Below, piece by piece: positions 1-9,461 of a stretch of DNA of 53,226 nucleotides. Location: positions 1 through 53,226 of the forward strand of contig JBEKCB010000035.1 of assembly GCA_050015075.1 (NCBI GenBank), given 5' to 3'. Position 1 is the stretch's first letter. Every line of letters starts with the position of its first letter. Below the pieces are notes generated by a model. The model made no database searches, was not told the origin of the DNA, and worked only from the letters and a program-made list of their open reading frames with translations. Source of the DNA: Candidatus Brocadiia bacterium (GTDB lineage Bacteria > Planctomycetota > Brocadiia > CAIUPP01). Both the position numbers and the translations under genes were made by a program.

Positions 1-83
1 AAGACGGGCCGGCAAACCTTGCTCGGAGTTCAAGGCCGCTCTCACGGCCGCTTGAGTGGAAAGAGGATATGCCCTTCACTCCA

Positions 84-109
84 ATTTACACACAAGAGTT
101 GACACTACC
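84..109. mobile_element. Probable right terminal inverted repeat of an IS256-family insertion sequence (rest of the element lies off the left edge)
   Basis: ATTTACACACAAGAGTTGACACTACC; its reverse complement GGTAGTGTCAACTCTTGTGTGTAAAT fits the GG.AGTGTCAA...TGTGTAAAT pattern of IS256-family ends. It lies at the window edge. Confidence 0.55.
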
Positions 110-208
110 CCCGGCGGCGTTCCGGCCTTGGAGGCGCCTATGCCGCCGAGCGAGGCGTCATTAAATTCACCCAGGTCGCCGCCGCTGCGGCAGCTACCAG
201 GGGTAAAA

Positions 209-286
209 ATGGTCGGGGCGGTCGGCCATGTACCCCGCAGATGGAGTTCAGCGCCAAGGACCTGGCGGTTCCCGGCGTAACGAACC
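209..286 (+). repeat. att/recombinase-tail-like repeat, copy 1 (homologous to 46838-46917)
   Basis: First 58 nt differ from 46838-46895 at 7 positions; both copies end in CGGCGTAACGAACC. It begins TGGTCGGGGCG, the reverse complement of a tRNA-Pro 3' end (CGCCCCGACCA). Confidence 0.8.
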
Positions 287-529
287 GCCGCCCTGCCACT
301 CCGCAATTTTTTCCTAACCTGCGATAGACGATTGCAAAAAACGCCCCGGGACAATTTTCGTTCCGTTTCAGCGGCGGCCGGCGTCTTGGAACCTGCTCTT
401 GACTGGCAGACCCGCAGAGAATTGCTTGACGGAGTTGACCCCAGCTATCAGAATACGACATCTGATGCCTGACCGCCGCGTGGAAGTCGGCCCTGGCCGG
501 TGAATCGTCCATTGCACAAGGCAAGAATC

Positions 530-1486
530 ATGGAACTGAACTTGATCTCGACGTTGAAGGGCTCGCTGCTGGAGAACTTCTTCCCGAAAGGGTGGGATCT
601 GGCGAAATTCGACCGCCTCTGTTCGCGCAAGCCATCGGACATCACTCAACGCGAAGTTTGGTGGAACCGGCGCTACCGGGCCGTGCCCTGCAGGTCGCTG
701 GCCGACTTCGATATGCTCATGGGTCGCGAGATCGCCAACGAGATCCGCAAGACGCGTAAGGCCGGGCGCAAGCTCGCCCTTATCCTGCCGGTCGGTCCGA
801 TGGGCATGTACCGCTGGATCGTGTCCTTCCTCAATGAGTGGAAAACTCCCTGCGACCACGTCTACGGGTTCAACATGGACGAATGGAGCGACCGCCGGGG
901 CAACACGCTTCCGCCGACCAACCCGGGCGCATTTCAATATGCGATGGAAAAGACGTTTTATCGTCCGCTCGGCAAGCTCACCATTCCGAAGAGCCGGCGG
1001 AACTTCGCGGTGCGCAACACCCTGCCGGGGTACACGGCCAAGATCCGCGACCTGAAGAGCCAGGGCGCCAGGCTCGTGGTCGTTTACGGCATCGGCCGTA
1101 TGCTGCACATCGCGTTCTGGGAACCGCACTTTGCCGCGGAGTTCCGGAGCGAGGCCGCCTGGAAGAAGCAGACCCATCGCCTGGGCGCTCGACTGCACCC
1201 GCTGACGATCGAGCAGAATGCCCTGACCTCGTTCAAGAGTCGCACGACCCTCGTCCCGGCGTTCGCCAACACCATCGGCCCGGGCCTCTTCCTGCAGGCG
1301 GACTACTGCATCGGCGGCGCGGACGGGACATTCGGGCGTGGAATGATGTGGCAAGGACTGTCGCTGTGGGTTGCGCTGCATCACGAGCCGGTCCCCTGCA
1401 TTCCGGCCAGCTACATGTCCACGATGCCGGGCAAGCTCTTCTTCATGAAAGAGCTCGCCGGCCCGCTCGTGGCGGAGTGCCACTGA
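530..1486 (+). CDS. Glucosamine-6-phosphate isomerase/deaminase (NagB-like) family protein
   Basis: [17 protein letters not shown] and [14 protein letters not shown] motifs; ATG at 530 preferred over GTG at 500. Confidence 0.75.
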   Translation: MELNLISTLKGSLLENFFPKGWDLAKFDRLCSRKPSDITQREVWWNRRYRAVPCRSLADFDMLMGREIANEIRKTRKAGRKLALILPVGPMGMYRWIVSFLNEWKTPCDHVYGFNMDEWSDRRGNTLPPTNPGAFQYAMEKTFYRPLGKLTIPKSRRNFAVRNTLPGYTAKIRDLKSQGARLVVVYGIGRMLHIAFWEPHFAAEFRSEAAWKKQTHRLGARLHPLTIEQNALTSFKSRTTLVPAFANTIGPGLFLQADYCIGGADGTFGRGMMWQGLSLWVALHHEPVPCIPASYMSTMPGKLFFMKELAGPLVAECH

Positions 1487-1531
1487 TCCTGTGGACGAGA
1501 ACCGCCGGCCATCCGGGAATTCCCGGTTCGT

Positions 1532-2548
1532 TCATCTTTCCTGGACTAAGTCGCCGTAAATGCGCATCGCGTTTTTCAGGAAGAAATCCTCGCGCTCCGA
1601 CTTTCCCCAACCCTTGCGCCGTGCCGCGTAACGGAGGCACCGAAGGTTCTCGTAGGCCAGGAACGTCGGGCGGGCGGGCGTGTGCGGCGCGCCGAACGCC
1701 TGGGTATTGTCCTCATCCACGTGATACCACCCCAGGCCGAACGTCGCAATCCGCCCGCGCGCCAGGCCGGCCGGCGCATTGTCGGTGCCGAAAATGATCC
1801 GCTCCATCGGCCAGACGTCCAGCAGGATGTGGAACACCTCCGTTTCCGTCACCGCCGAGGTGTCTACGTGGACGTTCGGCAGGTCGGCGACCGTCGGCAG
1901 CCCTGCCTCGGCGATCTCCGGCGTGAAGCACCGGGCGCAGTGGGCCAGTTGCAACCGGGCGCGGGGATAGCGTTCGGCCAGCCGGCGGATGTCGCGCTGG
2001 TTAATCGGGTCCGCCATCGCGCGGTGCCGGCCCAGATGGAGCAATATGAGCAACCCCCGTTCGTGGGCGACCTTCCAGTACGGCTCCGGCAACATCTCCG
2101 GCACCGTGCTCTCAGCGGGGCGCGCGCTGCGGGAGAGGCACATGTACGGCTTGAAGCCGATGAACCCGCCGCGGTCCACCCGGCGCTCGATCTCGGCGGC
2201 GTTCCAATCCGGGCAGGCGAGCATGAGCGCGCGGGCAGTGCCCTTGCCCTTCACTTCGGCGGACATGAACTCCTCTTCCGCCTCGAAATTGCTGTGCGTC
2301 GTGGGAAAGAACGTCGTGAGATACCGGACTTGCCGGCCCGGAAAGAGCACGGCGGTGTAGCGTTCCAGGTCCGCCAATCGCACGCGCGGAAACCGCGCGA
2401 ACAGGGCGTGCGCCTTGACGTCCGCCTCCGGGATCAGCGCGGTGTCGTAAAGGTGCGCGTGCGCGTCAAAAATCGTTCCGGGGACGAAGTCGGCCAACTC
2501 GCCTTCCCAGATCGCGCGGTCATCTTCCCGGATGGCCAGGTTGTCCAT
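1532..2548 (-). CDS. Amidohydrolase family protein (Amidohydro_2)
   Basis: DAHAH metal motif, GFKPY, LLHLG, LAHCAR, VDTSA, IIFGTD. Confidence 0.85.
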   Translation of the reverse strand: MDNLAIREDDRAIWEGELADFVPGTIFDAHAHLYDTALIPEADVKAHALFARFPRVRLADLERYTAVLFPGRQVRYLTTFFPTTHSNFEAEEEFMSAEVKGKGTARALMLACPDWNAAEIERRVDRGGFIGFKPYMCLSRSARPAESTVPEMLPEPYWKVAHERGLLILLHLGRHRAMADPINQRDIRRLAERYPRARLQLAHCARCFTPEIAEAGLPTVADLPNVHVDTSAVTETEVFHILLDVWPMERIIFGTDNAPAGLARGRIATFGLGWYHVDEDNTQAFGAPHTPARPTFLAYENLRCLRYAARRKGWGKSEREDFFLKNAMRIYGDLVQER

Positions 2549-2560
2549 CGGCGTCTCCCC

Positions 2561-3877
2561 TCAGACCAGGCGTCTCCGGAACAGCGGCTTCGCCACGGGC
2601 ACTTCCAGCAAGCCCTCCGCGCTGCCGCGCTGCACCGCCTGCTTGAGGATCGGCGCAACCTCGCCGTACCGGCGGAGCACCTCGTCAATGATTTCCGGCG
2701 TGTGCGCGGCCATGATATAAACCCCGCTCATCGCGTGGACTCCCCGCTTCGCCATCTCCTGGGTGAACAGCGTCTGGAAGGGCGCCGGGTTCGGCAGCTC
2801 GAAGCCTGCCGAGAACACCGGCGGCCGGCCTTTAACGGCCAGCGGAAGACCGAAATCGCGCGCGATCTTCCGGATTCCCTCCTGATATCGTTTGCCCAGA
2901 TCCCAAACGCGATCAATGACCTTGTCCCGGCGGAGGATCTTCTGGATGGCGATGGCGGCGGCCATGCTGGCCGGCTCGCTCCAGTAGGAACTGCTGACGA
3001 AGCTGGACTCCACGGCGCGCATGACGTCTTTCTTCCCGACGACGGCGGCGATCGGGTAGCCGTTGCCGATGGCTTTACCGAACGTCGCCATATCCGGCGT
3101 GACGCCGAAATACTGCTGCGCGCCGCCGAGGGAGTAGCGGAAGCCGGTGACGATCTCGTCGAAGATCAGGACCGCGCTGTGAGCGGTGCACAGCTCGCGC
3201 ACCGTTTCCAGGTAGCCGGGGTTCGGCTGCGCGAAGCGCGCCGCCTCCATCATCACGGCAGCCACCTCGCCCCGGTTCGACTCCAGCTTTGTCTTGAGAT
3301 CGTTCACGTCATTGTAGGCGAAGGGAATGGCCGTGCCCGTCAGCCCCTTCGGCACGCCGGAGGCCGGCACGCCGGGCAGGAGGTGGGCGGACAGGCTGTC
3401 CTCATTGGACAAGTTCGCCGCAAGGTACCAGTCGCACCAGCCATGGTAGCCGCAGAAGAGCACCTTGTCGCGCCCGGTATAGGCGCGCGCGATGCGCACC
3501 GCTATCGCATCGGCATCCCCGCCGCCCTTGGCGTAGCGCACCATCTCCGCGCACGGAACGGCCTCTCGCAGCAACGCCGCCAGCTCCAGTTCGCGGGGGC
3601 TGTTGATGGCATACGCGATGCCCTTGTGAATCTGGGCGATGGCCGCCGCGTCCACCTCCGGGTGACAGTAGCCCAGAAAGATCACGCCCGTCCCGCCGAC
3701 CATGTCAATGAACTCGTTGCCGTCAACGTCCCAGAACCGGCATCCTTCGGCCCGCTCGGCGTAGATCGGGCTGACGCCGAACGCATGCAGGCGCGGATGC
3801 CGGCTCAGCAGTTGCGTCTGGCCGGCGATCTGCTCTTCCGCCAGCTTGTAAAGCTCAAGTGAATGAGTGATCTTCGT
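2561..3877 (-). CDS. Class III PLP aminotransferase (glutamate-1-semialdehyde aminomutase-like); apparent ACG start
   Basis: LIFDEIVTGFR and TFGKAIGNG motifs. The frame stays open upstream of the ATG at 3703 and encodes the family N-terminus (AERAEGCRFWDVDGNEFIDM). GAGGAGG lies 6 nt before ACG at 3877. Confidence 0.85.
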   Translation of the reverse strand, partial: TKITHSLELYKLAEEQIAGQTQLLSRHPRLHAFGVSPIYAERAEGCRFWDVDGNEFIDMVGGTGVIFLGYCHPEVDAAAIAQIHKGIAYAINSPRELELAALLREAVPCAEMVRYAKGGGDADAIAVRIARAYTGRDKVLFCGYHGWCDWYLAANLSNEDSLSAHLLPGVPASGVPKGLTGTAIPFAYNDVNDLKTKLESNRGEVAAVMMEAARFAQPNPGYLETVRELCTAHSAVLIFDEIVTGFRYSLGGAQQYFGVTPDMATFGKAIGNGYPIAAVVGKKDVMRAVESSFVSSSYWSEPASMAAAIAIQKILRRDKVIDRVWDLGKRYQEGIRKIARDFGLPLAVKGRPPVFSAGFELPNPAPFQTLFTQEMAKRGVHAMSGVYIMAAHTPEIIDEVLRRYGEVAPILKQAVQRGSAEGLLEVPVAKPLFRRRLV

Positions 3878-3937
3878 GACGAACCTCCTCTTCTTATGAT
3901 CTCAGCCGCGCCCCGTGGGAGAGCGCGGCGGCGCAGG

Positions 3938-4909
3938 TCAGTCCTCCCGGATTTCATCCAGGAGAACCTCTCGGCCGCCTTCGTCACGGCTGCGAATGCC
4001 GGCGATGAGAATTTTCATCAACTCCACCGTTTCCGACCAGGGGAAAGGGCGATTCCCGGTGCGCAGGAAATTGACGAACGCCATCATCTGTCCCTTGAAG
4101 GCGAAGAAGGTGTCCTCGCAGGCGGCGTTCAGCGTGTTCCGGGTGCCCATCGCCGTCAAGCGGCAGAATCCCCCATACATGTCCTTGCTGGCGACGAGAA
4201 TCACGTCGGCGCCGCATCGGTGCTTGCAGTGGACGATGTTGCGGTCGCTGCTGCCGGTATTGCGGACGGAAATATATCCGGGTCCGAGGATCGGGTACAA
4301 CCCTTCCGCGGCGTGAATGCCGTACCGCTCCCAGGACTTCGGCGTCGTGTTGACCAGGAAGCGCGGCTCGCCGATTTCGCTCAGCCGGCTCTTGACCGCC
4401 ATGAATTCCTTCGCGTACCGCATGCCGCTGGAGGTGAGGATGTTGCGGCCCTCCCGGACCCAGCGGTGAAAGGTCTTGAGGTCCGGCTCGCTGTCGCAGA
4501 GCGGTTTGTCAATGAAGACCGGCAGGCCGGCCTCGACGAACGGCCGCGCTCGCTCGACGTGCTCCCAGCCCTTGTCGGTCGCGATGAGCACCGCGTCCAC
4601 CGCGCCGATGACGTCAGCGGGCTTCTTCACCACGTTGGGAATCCGGGAGCACCTGGCCGCATGCTCGGCGGTGAAACCGCCGTCGCCGATGCAGCAGATG
4701 TGCGTGACCTGCGCGCCGGGGATGCCCAGGGCGTCCGGCGGCTGCCGGTTCAGATACTGAGGAATGGCCGCAAAGGGACATTCGCGGGTCATCAGGTCGC
4801 GGTCGTACCCGTTGAAAATGGCGCTCCAGGAATAGGGATGCCCATTGCCCTCCGTCATGCCCAACATCGCCAGTCGGATGTTGTCCGGTTTGGGAACCAG
4901 TGCGCCCAC
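3938..4909 (-). CDS. Gfo/Idh/MocA family oxidoreductase
   Basis: RLAMLG..GNGHPYSW, VDAVLIAT, PVFIDKP, SSGMRY; GTG start after GGGAG. Confidence 0.8.
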   Translation of the reverse strand: MGALVPKPDNIRLAMLGMTEGNGHPYSWSAIFNGYDRDLMTRECPFAAIPQYLNRQPPDALGIPGAQVTHICCIGDGGFTAEHAARCSRIPNVVKKPADVIGAVDAVLIATDKGWEHVERARPFVEAGLPVFIDKPLCDSEPDLKTFHRWVREGRNILTSSGMRYAKEFMAVKSRLSEIGEPRFLVNTTPKSWERYGIHAAEGLYPILGPGYISVRNTGSSDRNIVHCKHRCGADVILVASKDMYGGFCRLTAMGTRNTLNAACEDTFFAFKGQMMAFVNFLRTGNRPFPWSETVELMKILIAGIRSRDEGGREVLLDEIRED

Positions 4910-4937
4910 TATCGCTCCCTTCCTGCTCGTCCCGGTT

Positions 4938-5714
4938 TCACTTGGCCGTCAGTCCGCCGTCCACGGCGACCACCGCGCCGGTCACGTAGGCGCTGGCATC
5001 GCTGGCGAGGAATACGATGATTCCCTTGAGGTCCGTGTCATTGGCCATCCGGCCGAGGAAGACGCGCTGGACGTAGCGTTTGAGGAAGCGTTCGTCGTGG
5101 TTATTGAAGTAGCCTCCGGGATTGACGACATTGCACCGCACTCCGCGCGGGCCGTAATGGGCGGCGGCGAAGCGCGTGAAGTTCTGCATTCCGCCCTTGT
5201 TGAACCAGTAGTCCGGGGGCTGCGGCCAGCCGACTTCCTCATAAAGCCAGAAGTCCGGCCCGACCACGCCGTAGATCGAACCTACATTGATGATGCTCCC
5301 GCCTCCGGCCTCGGCCATTTTGTCGCCGAAGGCGCGCGTGATCAGGAAGAGTCCGGTCGCGTTCACCTGCAGGCTTTTTTCCCAGTGAGCGGCCGGGTCC
5401 GACCAGGATTTCATGGGCCGGAGGACCGAGTTGTTCACGAGAATATCAACGCGTCCGGCCTTGTCGCAGATCGTATCCCGCAGGGCGAGGATCGCCGTTT
5501 CGCTCGACTGATCGAAGGACAGCGCCTCGACATCGAGCCCGCGACGCCGCTCCTGCCCGGCGACCTTCTGCAACGCCTCCAGGTCGCGGGAGGCGATGAA
5601 AGTCTTTGCGCCGGCCTCGGCGAGCGCCGCGACGATTTGCCGGCCGTACAACCCGGCGCCGCCGGTCACCAGCGCCACGCGCCCCTTCAGCGAAAAGCTA
5701 TCGAGCACGCTCAT
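4938..5714 (-). CDS. SDR family oxidoreductase
   Basis: VALVTGGAGLYG, DILVNN, YxxxK (YWFNK), VDGG C-terminus; start MSVLDSF at 5714 with GGAGG. Confidence 0.88.
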   Translation of the reverse strand: MSVLDSFSLKGRVALVTGGAGLYGRQIVAALAEAGAKTFIASRDLEALQKVAGQERRRGLDVEALSFDQSSETAILALRDTICDKAGRVDILVNNSVLRPMKSWSDPAAHWEKSLQVNATGLFLITRAFGDKMAEAGGGSIINVGSIYGVVGPDFWLYEEVGWPQPPDYWFNKGGMQNFTRFAAAHYGPRGVRCNVVNPGGYFNNHDERFLKRYVQRVFLGRMANDTDLKGIIVFLASDASAYVTGAVVAVDGGLTAK

Positions 5715-5745
5715 GTGCGCCTCCGTGTTTTTCTTTCCATTCCTT

Positions 5746-6780
5746 TCACCCTCCCAAAACGTCCTCGCGACCCTCGACCGCGACCTCCATGCGGCGCCGT
5801 CCGCTTTCGGAGATGGCGAGGCAGACCTCAATCGTGTGGCGCGCTTCGGAGAGCGGGCACAGCAGTTCGCCTTTCCCTTCCGTCGCGTCGAGGAAGTTGT
5901 TGGCCTCGTGAATAAATGGGCCGTCCGTTTGCCCCTTGGAATCCGGCTTGTCCTTAAGGCCCTCGGTCCAGGTCCACCGGCCGTCGCGCAGCGCGACGCC
6001 GACGCGGCCTTCCCAGCCGTCGCAGTGGATGCTGCCCTTCGTCCCGGAGAGAATAAGCTGGTCCGTGCGCTGCGCCTGCCACGCGACGACATGGACCGTG
6101 CCCACCGCAGGACTGTTCCGGAAGCGCAGCAGGCAGGCGAGGGTGTCCTCCGCGTCAGTCCCTTCGATTTGCAGGTGTTCATAAACGGCCATGACGCTCC
6201 GGATCGGCCCCAGGTACCATTGGATCATGTTGATGGCGTGGCTGGAGACGTCGAAGATGGCGCCGCCTCCTTGCTCGCGATGGGCCCAGTAGGTGTCGCG
6301 GTAATCCGGGCGCGCGGTCCGGTGATCGTAACCGACGATGCAGGAGCAGGCCAGCACCTCGCCGATCTTCCCGGCGTCGAGTTCCCGCTTGACGGCCCGC
6401 ATCGCGGGCATGGCGCGCCGGACGTGCGCGACGCCGACGACGCGCCCTTTCTTTTTCGCCAGCCGGTCCAGGTCGTCGCAGCCGTCGAGGGAAAGGGAAA
6501 GCGGCTTCTCGATCAGCACGTGCGCGCCGGCCTCAACGACTCTGTTCGCCCAAGGCACGTGCAGGTCGGCGGGGACGCAGATCACCGCTGCATCGAACTC
6601 CGACAGGATGACCTGGTCGAAGTCCGCATAGACGCCGATGAGCGGATACGCCGCGGCAAGCTGCCGAAGCCGTTCGGGCCGGTTATCGCATAGCGCCACT
6701 TCCGCGCGCCCGGTCTTCAGGAAGCACCGGACATGCCGTTCGCCGATGCTGCCGCCGCCGACGATCAGAATTCGATGCAT
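5746..6780 (-). CDS. Gfo/Idh/MocA family oxidoreductase
   Basis: GGGSIGERH, HVLIEKP, GGGAIFDVSSH. Confidence 0.9.
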   Translation of the reverse strand: MHRILIVGGGSIGERHVRCFLKTGRAEVALCDNRPERLRQLAAAYPLIGVYADFDQVILSEFDAAVICVPADLHVPWANRVVEAGAHVLIEKPLSLSLDGCDDLDRLAKKKGRVVGVAHVRRAMPAMRAVKRELDAGKIGEVLACSCIVGYDHRTARPDYRDTYWAHREQGGGAIFDVSSHAINMIQWYLGPIRSVMAVYEHLQIEGTDAEDTLACLLRFRNSPAVGTVHVVAWQAQRTDQLILSGTKGSIHCDGWEGRVGVALRDGRWTWTEGLKDKPDSKGQTDGPFIHEANNFLDATEGKGELLCPLSEARHTIEVCLAISESGRRRMEVAVEGREDVLGG

Positions 6781-6834
6781 ACGGAGTCTCCGCGTTGGCG
6801 CGGGCCTTTTTGCGATTCAAGCACCTCGGCTTGT

Positions 6835-7899
6835 TCAAGACTTCATTCGAGGTTCGACGATCTTGCCTGTCCGCGCGGACCTGTACGCGGCTTCCATGAC
6901 GATGCAGTTCCACAGGCCGTCCTCGGCGGGCACCGGCGCGGGCCGGCCTTCGAGGATCGCCTGGGAGAACTCCTCGATTTCGCCGCGATAGGTGTTCTTC
7001 GGTTCGAGCGCCATCGGCTGGTAGGCAGCATGGTCCTGCGCCTGCTGTTGCGCGTCATAGCCTTTGCCCGCGCCGAGGATGCACTGGCGCAGGTCACCGC
7101 CCGGTCCCTGTCCGAGGCTGTACCTGCCTTTGACCGAGCCCTGCGAGCCGTAGACCTCGAGGACGAACTCGCTCGCCTCGTCCGGGATGGCGAAGCTCAC
7201 GTCCACCACGCCGGCGGCGCCGTTCTCGAACTCGATCAGCGCGACGCAGGTGTCCTCGACCGGATATCGGTGCACGCGGTTGAACGTGCGCGCGGTGATC
7301 TTCTTCGTGCGGCCGAAGAACATCTCCATCAGGTCCACCACGTGCGAACCCATATCCATCAACGGGCCGCCGCCGCCGAGTTCCGGCGCCTGGCGCCACG
7401 CGCCCGGGATCGGCGGATACCAGCACGTCATCTGTCCGCGCGCCATCACCGGCGTGCCCAGTGCGCCGGAGCGGATCATCTCCTGAATCTTGCGATGATA
7501 GACATTGAACCGCATCATGAACCCGACGCCGAGCAGCACCCGGGCCTTCTTGCAGGCGGCGATCATCTTGAGGATATCGCGGGACTTCAGAGCGAGCGGC
7601 TTCTCGCACAGGACGTGTCTGCCCGCCCTGGCCGCGGCGATGACGTGTCTCTTGTGCAGGTAGTTCGGCGTCGCGACGTAGACCGCCTGGACGCCGGCCG
7701 TGCGCAGCAATTCCCTCTCGGTCGCGCAGCACTTCGCGCCGAACTTCGTCGCCGCGTCCTGCGCGCCGGCCTGGTCCGCGTCCATCAGCGTCACCAACCG
7801 GGCGTTGGAAGCGGCCATGATTCCTTCCGGAATCGTTCGTCGTTTCGCGATCCCGCACGCGCCCAGGACACCCCAGCCGATCTTTCCCTCCGGCCGCAT
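6835..7899 (-). CDS. Gfo/Idh/MocA family oxidoreductase
   Basis: GVLGACGIA, YVATPNYLH, HVLCEKP, GGGPLMDMGSH; ATG at 7899 after GAGGA. Confidence 0.9.
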   Translation of the reverse strand: MRPEGKIGWGVLGACGIAKRRTIPEGIMAASNARLVTLMDADQAGAQDAATKFGAKCCATERELLRTAGVQAVYVATPNYLHKRHVIAAARAGRHVLCEKPLALKSRDILKMIAACKKARVLLGVGFMMRFNVYHRKIQEMIRSGALGTPVMARGQMTCWYPPIPGAWRQAPELGGGGPLMDMGSHVVDLMEMFFGRTKKITARTFNRVHRYPVEDTCVALIEFENGAAGVVDVSFAIPDEASEFVLEVYGSQGSVKGRYSLGQGPGGDLRQCILGAGKGYDAQQQAQDHAAYQPMALEPKNTYRGEIEEFSQAILEGRPAPVPAEDGLWNCIVMEAAYRSARTGKIVEPRMKS

Positions 7900-7960
7900 G
7901 GGTTCCTCGCTTGGAAAGGACAACAGGTTCCGGAACTTTTCGGCGGACTGAAATTTCCTT

Positions 7961-8041
7961 CGGCTGGATATATACAGCCGGGGAGCCGGCGCGTCAAGCC
8001 TCCGAGCGCTTGACGGCGAAGGTTGCGCAAGGGTATGTAAT
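7961..8041. promoter_or_regulatory. Back-to-back divergent sigma70-type promoters with a palindromic operator candidate
   Basis: Minus strand: TTGACG (7997-7992), 17 nt, TATATA (7974-7969). Plus strand: TTGACG (8010-8015), 18 nt, TATGTA. Inverted repeat CGGCTG-N8-CAGCCG (7961-7980) covers the minus-strand -10. Confidence 0.6.
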
Positions 8042-8118
8042 ACGCGGCTGCCGCGGTTCGGCGCCGCCGCTTTGCGCGAATTCGCGCTGTCCTCGAAGCC
8101 TTTTCAGGAGGCCCGGCG

Positions 8119-9429
8119 ATGACCGAGAGCCTGGCGATTGACGGTGGAAAGAAGACCATCCACGCGCCGCTTCCGGGCTGGCCGCATTACACGGAAGAGG
8201 CCATCCGGCGCGCGACGGTCCCGCTGCGGGAGAATGCGCCGAACTACTGGACCAACCGCAAAGGCAAGCTCAAGGGCGGCAAGGTCGGCTCGCATGGGAT
8301 GGAGTATGAAGAGAAGTTCGCCGCATGGGAAGGGACCCGGTTCGCCGTCTCTTCCGCCACCGGCACCGCGGCGCTGCACATCGCCCTCGGCGGCTTCCGC
8401 GTCGGGCCGGGCGACGAAGTCATCGTCCCGAGCTACACCTTCATCGCCTCGAGCATGTGCGTCCTCCAGGCCGGCGCCATCCCGGTCTTCGCCGACGTCA
8501 AGCCCGACGATCACTGCATTGATCCGAAGGCCATTGTGAAGTGCCTCACTCGGCGCACCAAGGCGATCATCCCCGTTCATCTCTATGGCTGCGTGTGCGA
8601 CATGGACGAGATCATGGCCATCGCCCGGAAGCACAAACTGATCGTGATCGAGGACTGCGCCGAGGCGCACGGCGGCGCGTACAAGGGCAGGAAGGTCGGC
8701 ACCATCGGCCACGCCGGCGCCTTCAGCTTCTGCCAGAGCAAGCACTGGACGACCGGCGGCGAGGGCGGCATGACGGTCACCGATGATGAGGACGCCGCCT
8801 GGATCATGCGCAGCTTCCGCGACCACGGCTATGATGTCGCCAAGCGCATGAGCCTGCTGGAACTCGAACGGCATTTGCCGTACATCCATCGCCGTCTCGG
8901 CTGGAACTACCGCATGACGGAGATGCAGAGCTGCCTGGGGATCTACGAGCTGGGCCGGTTCGAGAAGTGGAACAAGCCGCGCCGCCAGCGCAACCATCGC
9001 ATCCTGGCCGGCGAACTCGCCGGCTATCCCGGCATCAGGAACGTCGAGTACGAGAACAGGGATAAGGAGTGCTGCTTCTTCGTGTTCCCGATCATCCTCG
9101 ACATGAAGAAACTCACGTGCGACCTCGACCGGTTCGTCAAGGCCCTCGGCGCCGAAGGCGTGCCCTGCGGGCCGGTTTTCTGGCCGCAGAGCTACAAGGA
9201 AGACGTCTTCCGCGAAAACATCGGCCAGGGCGAAGCCAACTTCCCGTTCCACAGCAAGGAATATACCGACCCGAAGCAGGCGGCCAGGTACAAGACCCTG
9301 TCGCTCCCGAACGCGGTCGAGTATCAGAAGAATACGTTCATCACGCTGTGCCACCCGAGGCTCGAGCCGAAGCACATGAAGCTTATCGCCCGGGGCATCA
9401 AGAAGGTGCTCGACGCCTGCGCGAAATGA
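8119..9429 (+). CDS. DegT/DnrJ/EryC1/StrS family PLP aminotransferase
   Basis: TGTAALH, GDEVIVPSYTF, IEDCAEAHG, FSFCQSK, TGGEGG, GWNYRM; AGGAGG RBS. Confidence 0.92.
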   Translation: MTESLAIDGGKKTIHAPLPGWPHYTEEAIRRATVPLRENAPNYWTNRKGKLKGGKVGSHGMEYEEKFAAWEGTRFAVSSATGTAALHIALGGFRVGPGDEVIVPSYTFIASSMCVLQAGAIPVFADVKPDDHCIDPKAIVKCLTRRTKAIIPVHLYGCVCDMDEIMAIARKHKLIVIEDCAEAHGGAYKGRKVGTIGHAGAFSFCQSKHWTTGGEGGMTVTDDEDAAWIMRSFRDHGYDVAKRMSLLELERHLPYIHRRLGWNYRMTEMQSCLGIYELGRFEKWNKPRRQRNHRILAGELAGYPGIRNVEYENRDKECCFFVFPIILDMKKLTCDLDRFVKALGAEGVPCGPVFWPQSYKEDVFRENIGQGEANFPFHSKEYTDPKQAARYKTLSLPNAVEYQKNTFITLCHPRLEPKHMKLIARGIKKVLDACAK

Positions 9430-9461
9430 CCGTGAGTCCGCCGGGTTGGGCGGCGAGCATC

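Noticed and set aside
1682-3862. Long alternative ORFs such as 1682-3862 (+), 20138-21955 (+), 35635-37083 (+) and 44392-45846 (-)
   Set aside because: Antisense shadows of well-supported genes, expected in high-GC DNA; no recognisable motifs.
5715-6182. Long N-terminal extensions in the ORF track for the SDR (to 6182), GNAT (to 11159) and second ceramidase (to 22048)
   Set aside because: They overlap neighbouring real genes; internal starts with SD sequences fit family lengths.
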